From assembly GCA_022842085.1 (NCBI GenBank), contig JALHQF010000001.1, forward strand, positions 1-33,530: DNA of 33,530 nucleotides, given 5' to 3'. Origin of the DNA: Patescibacteria group bacterium (GTDB lineage: Bacteria > Patescibacteriota > UBA1384 > CAILIB01). Numbering within the stretch: the first letter of the stretch is position 1; every line of letters begins with the position of its first letter. Shown piece after piece: positions 21,649 to 28,390 of this stretch. Below the pieces are notes generated by a model. It did no database searches, was not told the DNA's origin, and was given only the letters and a program-made list of their open reading frames with translations. The translations under genes were made by a program, and so were the position numbers.

Positions 21649-23490
21649 TTAGCGAGGCAACGGAACGTGCGGCACCTTTTCAGGGGTACGCGCAAACACG
21701 TAGCCTGACGTACGGTTCGTGCGAGAAAGATCGGCCCACCAGTTCAAGTCTTTGGCTAGGCCCAGGTCAAGCCCCAGCACAATCTGGCGCACTTCGTGGT
21801 TCACGTCAGATCCGCTTCGCCTCCAGCAGAAGAACTCTGCCTGCCGTGCATTCATCGTGTAGCTTGCGCCAACAATGAAGCCAAGCGGCAGTACGTACTG
21901 CAAGAGTCCCGCCGGAACGCCGGCCGCAAGCAGGTCCTCGTACAGCTCGTAGCCTTCATCACAAATCTCCTGCGCCGCCTCCGTGTAGAGCGGGCAGTCA
22001 AACTTGTTGTAGGCGTAGAAGCCAAGGTACGGGGTGAGGAGCGTGCGATCTTGCCTGCCAACCACGTGACGCTTTACGTCCCGGTGTCCGCGCAACGAGA
22101 TCTGGTAGGTGAAGTGCACAGCGGTGTGCTCAAACACCGTAGGAAGCTTGTCATGGCTCCCACGGATGCTGGTGCTCGTAACTGCTTCCACACCTTCCCG
22201 GCTGGACGTTTCTTGGTTTGCACCAGCAAACCTCCACTGCTTCAATCCTCTCAGGGTGAGCCCGTTGCGCGTAAGCTCGGATCTGAACTGATTCTGCAGC
22301 CCGATGACCACAGCACCATCCCGACCAGGCATGGGATACGTCCAGCCCATGCGCTCCCATGGAGTTGGCTCTGTATAACGCAGGAACTGGCCTGCGCCAA
22401 CGCCAACCGCTTGCTCCTCAATGAGCCGCGCCACTTCGTACGTTTCGGCAGTGCCGTCGTTGCGAAGGTGCTTGAGCACCTGCTGGAGCTCTTCGCAGCT
22501 CACCGCTACCGCAAGCGAGGTAAGTGAGCAGTACGGGATGAAGTTTCCGAGAACATCAGGCACTTCACCGTTTACACCCACGTTCATCTGCTTCTCGTCG
22601 GTAATGAGCTCGCCCCATTTGGCGCGCAGGAGAGCGCCAAGCAACTCATTGAGTCGCACGTACGCATCTTTGCACTTTTCGAGGTAGGCAATCACCCGAT
22701 CTGCAAGCTTGTTACCAACCAGGGCTCGGATCTCTTCGGCAATTGGGTACCTACCGGCGCCCTTCATGTTTACGAAGCGAGTTGAGAGTTCGATGATGCC
22801 AATGGCAATTCGTGCCCACTCAATGGCCGAGGCCACGTGTTGGGAAACGCCCTCCAAGAAGATGGTTGCCTTGGCCGTACGGGCGATCGAATCGTGTCCG
22901 TACTTGTCCAGGTTAAGCTTGAGAAAGCGGCGCGTGCGATCGCTTGCAGCGATTTGCTCCATTACGTGTGGGTCTTGAACGGCTCGTAGGAACTGCTCAA
23001 ATGCACCCCCGTGCTCGTTGCTGTGGGCAACAAACGCCTCAATCCCCTTGATGTCGAGTGCCTTTAGGTAGTCTGCGGTTGGAGTTTCGCTGCTTTCGGC
23101 AACGTGCTCGCGCACGATCCCTTCTGGCAGCATGCTCACGAGCAGCTCTGGCAAGAAGTGGTTTGCCCAGACATCGCGCACCCCTCGGCGAGCCGGAGGC
23201 ATACGTGAGTACATTGCGCAGAGCGCAGACATCACGTTTTCCGGCAGTCCCCAGCCAAAGAACACGCGGCCGGTAAGGGAGGTAAAGAACGGCTGAATAG
23301 CACGCACTTCAGCTTCGTTCCAAGCAAGTTCGGGCCACGGTGGGGTTGCGAAGAATTCTTGCGCTACGCGCATGGATGTTTCCGCGGGAGCAGGAAAGAG
23401 GTCAGTGCCAGAGCCATAGGTTCTACCAGGCTTCCAGCAGGTTTGTAGAGCGGTTGCCAGCATTCCTGCCGGTCTCAGATGTGTTTTCAT
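21649..23490 (-). CDS. thyX: Long-form (tandem-domain) ThyX-like FAD-dependent thymidylate synthase family protein
   Basis: The N-terminal half has SALCAMYSRMPPARR and GHDSIARTAKATIFLEGVSQHVASAIEWARIAIGIIELSTRFV. The C-terminal half has FEHTAVHFTYQISLRGHRDVKRHVVGRQDRT and NARQAEFFCWRRSG...HEVRQI. These are collinear with ThyX motifs (H.S..EH..f.F...isR......RHR..S...S.RY; R....f...R......EiR) but deviate from the RHR/S-x-RY consensus. Genomic context is tmk plus dcd. A GAGGAG SD lies upstream. Confidence 0.6.
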   Translation of the reverse strand: MKTHLRPAGMLATALQTCWKPGRTYGSGTDLFPAPAETSMRVAQEFFATPPWPELAWNEAEVRAIQPFFTSLTGRVFFGWGLPENVMSALCAMYSRMPPARRGVRDVWANHFLPELLVSMLPEGIVREHVAESSETPTADYLKALDIKGIEAFVAHSNEHGGAFEQFLRAVQDPHVMEQIAASDRTRRFLKLNLDKYGHDSIARTAKATIFLEGVSQHVASAIEWARIAIGIIELSTRFVNMKGAGRYPIAEEIRALVGNKLADRVIAYLEKCKDAYVRLNELLGALLRAKWGELITDEKQMNVGVNGEVPDVLGNFIPYCSLTSLAVAVSCEELQQVLKHLRNDGTAETYEVARLIEEQAVGVGAGQFLRYTEPTPWERMGWTYPMPGRDGAVVIGLQNQFRSELTRNGLTLRGLKQWRFAGANQETSSREGVEAVTSTSIRGSHDKLPTVFEHTAVHFTYQISLRGHRDVKRHVVGRQDRTLLTPYLGFYAYNKFDCPLYTEAAQEICDEGYELYEDLLAAGVPAGLLQYVLPLGFIVGASYTMNARQAEFFCWRRSGSDVNHEVRQIVLGLDLGLAKDLNWWADLSRTNRTSGYVFARTPEKVPHVPLPR

Positions 23491-23588
23491 GATGGGAAGT
23501 TTCTCCTCTTCAGGTTGCCTTGACGCTAGCAGCTACCCAGTCCGTATACTAGTCTGAGAGCATCTTTTGCTTATTCACCCACACCTGC

Positions 23589-23594
23589 TAGCCT
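23589..23594 (+). promoter_or_regulatory. Candidate -10 hexamer TAGCCT, 6 nt upstream of the tmk ATG
   Basis: TAGCCT CAACCC ATG. Confidence 0.4.
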
Positions 23595-23600
23595 CAACCC

Positions 23601-24266
23601 ATGTCGAACCTTCAGCAAGGCAAGTGTTTCGTTCTCACTGGGCCGAATGGTGGCGGAAAATCCACCGCCGGCCCCCAGATCGCTGCGAAGCTCACAGCAG
23701 ATGGCCACAAAACGGTGTACATCTATGGCCCCGGGGTAACCCCACCAGCCACCGCCTTAGCAAGCCTGGTAAAGAGCCAAGAAACTAGCCCGAGCAGCAA
23801 GTTCTCCCAGTCACTCGTCTGGCTCGCACAGCATGCCGAGAGCCTCGAGCACATTCGGGAAACCTACCTCGATCAGGGCGTGCATGTAATCCTCGATCGT
23901 GGCCCCGAAACCACCTGGGTCTACAACATCAACGGCATCCTCGAGGATCGCGAGCTCACGGCAGCAAACGCCGTGATTACCGCCCTCTACGGAGCCAACG
24001 ACGGCATCCCCCACTCGGGCATGCTCACCGTAGACGCCATGTTGGTGTTTGACGTCCCCATCGAAACCGCGCTCGTGCGCATGAAGCAGCAGTCCGAGAC
24101 GGATCAGTTCCAGGATGCCGCCCGCGAAGAGCATGAGCGACGTCGCCAAACCTACCTCAACGCTCAATTTGGCCAGCGCACCGAGGTAATCGATGCGAGC
24201 CAACCCATCGAAACGGTAGTGACCACCTGCACCAGCTACATCACGGGCATTCTCAACGCAGCCTGA
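23601..24266 (+). CDS. tmk: Thymidylate (dTMP) kinase-like P-loop kinase, divergent
   Basis: GKCFVLTGPNGGGKST (P-loop), YGPGVTPP (the EPGgT equivalent), VILDRGPETTWVY (DR motif), and a LID-like MKQQSETDQF region. Context is thyX/dcd. Confidence 0.65.
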   Translation: MSNLQQGKCFVLTGPNGGGKSTAGPQIAAKLTADGHKTVYIYGPGVTPPATALASLVKSQETSPSSKFSQSLVWLAQHAESLEHIRETYLDQGVHVILDRGPETTWVYNINGILEDRELTAANAVITALYGANDGIPHSGMLTVDAMLVFDVPIETALVRMKQQSETDQFQDAAREEHERRRQTYLNAQFGQRTEVIDASQPIETVVTTCTSYITGILNAA

Positions 24267-24272
24267 AAACAA

Positions 24273-24291
24273 CCCCGGTACCTCGCCGGGG
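24273..24291 (+). terminator. Hairpin ccccgg-N7-ccgggg after tmk, with a second hairpin cctcga-caca-tcgagg at 24302-24317
   Basis: 6-bp GC stems read directly. The U-tract is weak (ccttatgtt). Confidence 0.4.
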
Positions 24292-24359
24292 CCTTATGTT
24301 GCCTCGACACATCGAGGAGTTTCGCTAGGGTGGGTACAGCCATGTGTACATTTACAACT

Positions 24360-24365
24360 GGAGGA
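24360..24365 (+). promoter_or_regulatory. Shine-Dalgarno GGAGGA for dcd, with TACATT (24347-24352) as a possible -10
   Basis: TACATT TACAACT GGAGGA GCCG ATG. Confidence 0.5.
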
Positions 24366-24369
24366 GCCG

Positions 24370-25356
24370 ATGCCGGTACTCCCTGATCACGAAATCCAAG
24401 CCCTCATCACTGCCGGCGCTATCAAGCTGGTGCAGCCAGAGAGTGTGCAGCCCAGCAGCCTCGACCTTACGATCGGAAGTGCACTCGGGCAGCTTACGGC
24501 GAAACCTTCCCCGAGAGGCACCTACGTCGTAGGTGACCTGGAGCGCCTCACCTCGAACTACCTGCCAAACATTACCGGCGAAGGCTGGGCAATCTCTCCA
24601 GGACAAGTGTGGTACTCCACAGGGGTCACCAGCCTTGCTCTTCCGGATGGTGTCTGGGGTGCAATCGATCCAAAGAGCTCAATGGGACGAATTGATCTCT
24701 CAGTTCAGAGCATCGTGCCCGGAGGCAAACGGATTGGTGAAGTTCCCGCCGGCTTTCGTGGAAAGGTAACCCACCTGCTCACGAGCCAGAGCTTTCACGC
24801 CGTGCTTCCACCCAACCTGCCGGTTGCGCAGCTTCGTCTCTATCGCGGCGAGCGCGCCGTTGTGCGACAGCAAACCGTGCACCTCTCGCTACGTAACCAC
24901 GTGGTTGCCCAACCAACCGGCAAGCCCCTCATCATCCAATCTGGAGCCAACAGCGCTCGGGAGTTTTTCCGAGCTAAGCACGTGTATCAACACGAGGGGG
25001 CGCGAAGGATCATCCTTGAGCCAGGCCAGTTCCTCTTGGCAACCACCATTGAGGGAGTGGCAGTTCCACTTGATCAGTGTGCGGAACTTACGGCCGTAGA
25101 TCTAGGAAATGGGCACCTCATCATTCACTACGCTGGGTTCATCGACCCTGGGTTTGGCTTGGGACATGCGCGCGGCAACGTGATTGTGCTGGAGATCAGG
25201 AACATGGGCACAACCCCCATTGAGCTTGTGCACGGCATGGGGATTGGCACCCTCACCTACGAACAGCTCACCTCTCCGGCAGCAATGCCCTACGGTAAAC
25301 GCAAGAACCACTACGGCCACCAGCGGAAGCTGCAAATGGCAAAGTTCTTCGTCTAA
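24370..25356 (+). CDS. dcd: Long-form 2'-deoxycytidine 5'-triphosphate deaminase (DCD family, roughly 330-360 aa type)
   Basis: LPDHEIQALITAGAI...VQPSSLDLTIG, SMGRIDL, IIHYAGFIDPGFG and VLEIRN are dUTPase-fold dCTP deaminase motifs in a double-length protein. Confidence 0.75.
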   Translation: MPVLPDHEIQALITAGAIKLVQPESVQPSSLDLTIGSALGQLTAKPSPRGTYVVGDLERLTSNYLPNITGEGWAISPGQVWYSTGVTSLALPDGVWGAIDPKSSMGRIDLSVQSIVPGGKRIGEVPAGFRGKVTHLLTSQSFHAVLPPNLPVAQLRLYRGERAVVRQQTVHLSLRNHVVAQPTGKPLIIQSGANSAREFFRAKHVYQHEGARRIILEPGQFLLATTIEGVAVPLDQCAELTAVDLGNGHLIIHYAGFIDPGFGLGHARGNVIVLEIRNMGTTPIELVHGMGIGTLTYEQLTSPAAMPYGKRKNHYGHQRKLQMAKFFV

Positions 25357-25358
25357 TT

Positions 25359-25389
25359 CGTGCCACCCTCTCGGGTGGCACGCTTTTTT
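25359..25389 (+). terminator. Rho-independent terminator (10-bp stem plus T6) after dcd, convergent with pilT
   Basis: cgtgccaccc / tctc / gggtggcacg, followed by cTTTTTT. The pilT stop is 3 nt further on. Confidence 0.8.
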
Positions 25390-25391
25390 AG

Positions 25392-26471
25392 TTAGATGCT
25401 CCCAAACTGCTTGCGTAGCTCATCCCGGTTGGCAGCGTGTGCAAGTGCCGCATCTCGGGTAATACGACCTCGATGCGCCGCCTCCTTCAGCAGATCATCA
25501 AGCAGCGCCATTCCCTCCTTACCACTGGTTTGAATTACGGTAGGTAGCTGCGCATTGTTGCTCGTACGAATGGCATTCTTCACAGCGGTAGTACCAACCA
25601 TTACCTCCGCAAAGAGCTCAACGCCCTCTCCGTCCGCCCGGGGCACAAGTCGCTGGTTTACCACCCCTACCAAGATATCCGCCAGCTGTATGCGTAGCTG
25701 CTCTTTCTGCTCTGGTGGGAAGGAGTCGAGAATACGATCGATGGTGGCCACTGAGCTATTCGCATGAATGGTGGAAAGCACAAGGTGGCCAGTTTCAGCC
25801 ACGGTAATGGCGGCGCTAATACTTTCGCGGTCGCGCATTTCACCAACGAGAATTACGTCAGGAGCCTCACGGAGCACTGCTCGAAGCGCGCTCGCAAAAT
25901 CTACCGCATCTACTCCGATCTCGCGTTGCTCGATTACCGATTCTTTCGATTCGAAGAGGTACTCGATAGGGTCTTCGATCGTCACGATGTGTGCTCGACG
26001 CTGACGATTGATCTCTTCAATCATCGAAGCGAGCGTGGTGCTCTTTCCTGAGCCGGTCGGGCCAACCAGGAGGATAAGTCCGGTTTCGTGGGCCAGCATT
26101 TCCTTGAGCACCTCTGGAGCACCGATCTCATCGAGGAGCTTGATGTGTGGCTGCACGTAACGCATGACAAGCGCCGGGTAGCCACGTTGCCGAAAGAGGT
26201 TTACGCGGAAACGGTGTCCTTCCCACTCGTAGGCAAAGTCAGTTTGCAGCTTTTCCTCGTACTCTTTCAATTTTCGGCTGGGCAGCAACTCATGAACGAG
26301 TGCCTCTAGGTTTGCCTTCGTCATCTCCGGCTCGTCTAGACGCAGTAGGCCATGCTCGCGATCCTTGACGATTGGGGGTTGCCCGAGCGTGAAGATAACG
26401 TCGGCAACGGTTTTCTCAACTGCCTGCCTGAGAACCCCTGGGAGGAGCGATGCCTGCTTCTGCATAGGCAT
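25392..26471 (-). CDS. pilT: Type IV pilus retraction ATPase PilT
   Basis: GPTGSGKSTTLASMIEEIN, IVTIEDPIEY, PDVILVGEMRD and AETGHLVLSTIHAN, with length and architecture typical of PilT. Confidence 0.93.
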   Translation of the reverse strand: MPMQKQASLLPGVLRQAVEKTVADVIFTLGQPPIVKDREHGLLRLDEPEMTKANLEALVHELLPSRKLKEYEEKLQTDFAYEWEGHRFRVNLFRQRGYPALVMRYVQPHIKLLDEIGAPEVLKEMLAHETGLILLVGPTGSGKSTTLASMIEEINRQRRAHIVTIEDPIEYLFESKESVIEQREIGVDAVDFASALRAVLREAPDVILVGEMRDRESISAAITVAETGHLVLSTIHANSSVATIDRILDSFPPEQKEQLRIQLADILVGVVNQRLVPRADGEGVELFAEVMVGTTAVKNAIRTSNNAQLPTVIQTSGKEGMALLDDLLKEAAHRGRITRDAALAHAANRDELRKQFGSI

Positions 26472-26496
26472 AGCCTACGCTAGCTGTTGGGAAACC

Positions 26497-27528
26497 TCAA
26501 CAGAAGTAACGTGGCAGGTCTGGATGCATCCTCGTGAGAAGCTCGTAGCGACTCACTCCTGGCAAGCCTTGGTTTTCCACTACGGGAGCCAGCTGCACCA
26601 CATCCCCGACATCGTGGTGAGGTTGTAGTTCAACCATGCATGCATTCATGCACACACTGCCCCGAATCGGTAGGAGACTCCCATCTGCATGCCGAATACG
26701 CCCACAGTTGGTAAAGCTAAAGGGAATCCCTTCTGCGTACCCAACCGGAACTACCCCAATCCTCATGCGCTGCTTGGCCATGTAACGCCTGTCGTAGCCA
26801 ATCAACTCACCCGGTGTCACCTCATGTACCTGCTGCAGGGCTGCCTTCCACGTTGCAAACGGCAGCGTACCCAGGCCAGGGTCACCATACAGACCAAGCC
26901 CCACTCGCACCATCGCCTCACGCGGGAGTGCTGGCATATGTAGCACTTCGGTCTTGCTGAGGTGGTAGACCTCACATGCTGGCAGCACTGCGATTGCAGC
27001 ACCCCACAGCTCGGCTGCCCGTGTGCTACTTGACTCATCGACCGCGGGATAGTGCCCAAACAGCCCCTCAGCATGCATGCCGGCACTCGCCAACTCTTGA
27101 GCACACTGTGCAAGCTCCTCGAGCGACAGCCCATAGCGATGCATGCCCAGGTCCACCTCTAGGTGAATTGGCAGCGCTTGTCGCTCTGCCTTGCACCACG
27201 CCACGAGTGCGCGAGTCTGCTGGGTACTCCGAAGCGACACGCGCACCTGCTCACGGGCAAGCGCAGGAAGATCTTTGCTGTTGAATGGACCCAACAATAT
27301 AAGCCTCCCCACATACCCCGCACGCCGAACTAGCTCCACTTCTTCGAGGGTTTGTACCGCAAGCCAAGAGACCCCATGCTCCATGAGCTTGGGCACTACT
27401 TGGGCGATACCGTGTCCATATGCATTTGCTTTCACCACCAAACACACCTCTCGCTGTCCAGCGAGCTCGCGGATACGCTCTACATTTGCCGCGAGCTGCG
27501 CGGCAGAGAGCTCTAACCAGCTCATCAT
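26497..27528 (-). CDS. alr: Alanine racemase
   Basis: PLP-lysine motif VVKANAYGHG. C-terminal GYAEG and CMNACMVE motifs. Confidence 0.9.
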   Translation of the reverse strand: MMSWLELSAAQLAANVERIRELAGQREVCLVVKANAYGHGIAQVVPKLMEHGVSWLAVQTLEEVELVRRAGYVGRLILLGPFNSKDLPALAREQVRVSLRSTQQTRALVAWCKAERQALPIHLEVDLGMHRYGLSLEELAQCAQELASAGMHAEGLFGHYPAVDESSSTRAAELWGAAIAVLPACEVYHLSKTEVLHMPALPREAMVRVGLGLYGDPGLGTLPFATWKAALQQVHEVTPGELIGYDRRYMAKQRMRIGVVPVGYAEGIPFSFTNCGRIRHADGSLLPIRGSVCMNACMVELQPHHDVGDVVQLAPVVENQGLPGVSRYELLTRMHPDLPRYFC

Positions 27529-28037
27529 ATCCTGACGTCGATTCGGTTAGCCTCGCGGTAGATGCAGTGCTCAAGCAGAGCGTGACGGTCAGCACCCGCA
27601 GCCACGATAAACACCTGTTCACAGGCGGCAAAGCAACGTGGGGTTACCGTTACACGTGGCACCTTTGGTGGGAGGGCGGACTCTGGTACGTACACGGCTT
27701 CTGGAAGAGCCCAGAGAGCCTCTTGCCGAGGAAAACAGCTCGCTACGTGGCCATCAGCGCCAAGCCCTAGAATAGCAAACCTCGGCGAACCAATCGGACG
27801 CCCGGCAGTGCTCGGATGCGATCCCCAGCCATGCACGCTCAGGCCAAGCTCTGCCAGGGCACGCTCGTTTCGGTAGGAGTGATCAAGTGGAACAACCCGC
27901 TCATCACAGAGGAAGAGTGCGGTATGATCACCCAGCTCGGGAATGTGTTGAAGAAGGATTCGTATCGTACTGCCGGCAGAAATCCACGTCGGCTCGTCGA
28001 GCGCCACCGCATCCCGAAGCTGATCAAGTGGATTCAT
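27525..28037 (-). CDS. 6-phosphogluconolactonase/NagB-superfamily protein, truncated short form
   Basis: LFLCDERVVPLDHSYRN and FAILGLGADGHVASCFP match Pgl motifs (DER.vp.dh.dSN; LGmG.DGHtASlFP). At 170 aa it lacks the N-terminal strand-helix unit. ATGA overlap with alr. Confidence 0.65.
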   Translation of the reverse strand: MNPLDQLRDAVALDEPTWISAGSTIRILLQHIPELGDHTALFLCDERVVPLDHSYRNERALAELGLSVHGWGSHPSTAGRPIGSPRFAILGLGADGHVASCFPRQEALWALPEAVYVPESALPPKVPRVTVTPRCFAACEQVFIVAAGADRHALLEHCIYREANRIDVRI

Positions 28038-28082
28038 GCCTCGAGTATAGCGAAACCGAGCACCAGGAGTGCTCGGTTCGGG

Positions 28083-28364
28083 TTAGGTAGAATCTGAGAC
28101 TGCTCCGCCGCCAGAGAACACTGGCTCACACTCCGCGCACTTGGCACAGATACCGTTTCGGTAACCGACCAAGCAACGGTGCCCACACCAGGTGCAGGTG
28201 CTCGGCCAGTCTTGACTCCCCCGCTCTTGGTAGGTGTTCGTACAACGACCGCACTCGCAGACCAAACAGTAACTCGACGAGCCAAGGCCAAGGTTCGCGA
28301 GAGCAAGGAAACCTTCCCAGATCATGGCGCCAATTTTCTTTACAAAGTACGAAATCCGTCTCAT
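28083..28364 (-). CDS. Small Cys-rich (12 Cys) putative multi-zinc-ribbon protein with an N-terminal hydrophobic segment
   Basis: MRRISYFVKKIGAMIWEGFLALANLGLGSSSYCLVCECGRCTNTYQ...CTWCGHRCLVGYRNGICAKCAEC. It has repeated CxxC pairs. Of three overlapping reverse-strand frames, it is the only one that does not look like off-frame Ala/Arg/Ser/Val noise. The start is chosen at ATG 28364. Confidence 0.5.
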   Translation of the reverse strand: MRRISYFVKKIGAMIWEGFLALANLGLGSSSYCLVCECGRCTNTYQERGSQDWPSTCTWCGHRCLVGYRNGICAKCAECEPVFSGGGAVSDST

Positions 28365-28390
28365 ACGAGAGTGGTTGTAGCACCCTCTCA

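Noticed and set aside
21796-22527. 243-aa + strand ORF
   Set aside because: It is antisense to the ThyX-like gene, with no motifs.
23520-23550. Sigma70-type promoter TTGACG-N19-TATACT in the thyX/tmk spacer
   Set aside because: The 19-nt spacer is long, and the element would give a 50-nt leader without an SD. The TAGCCT-N6-ATG arrangement matches the window-wide pattern better. I keep it only as a weak alternative.
23811-24272. 153-aa minus-strand ORF
   Set aside because: It is antisense to the tmk-like gene, whose P-loop and DR motifs support the + strand frame.
24370-25356. dCTP deaminase as an anti-phage nucleotide-depletion defence gene
   Set aside because: The described defence deaminases belong to the zinc-dependent cytidine/dCMP deaminase fold with kinase-like N-domains. 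This one is a dUTPase-fold Dcd next to thyX and tmk, which fits housekeeping dTTP synthesis.
28083-28364. Cys-rich ORF as a RiPP (SCIFF/ranthipeptide-like) precursor
   Set aside because: No radical-SAM maturase, protease or exporter gene is adjacent. The CxxC spacing looks more like zinc ribbons.
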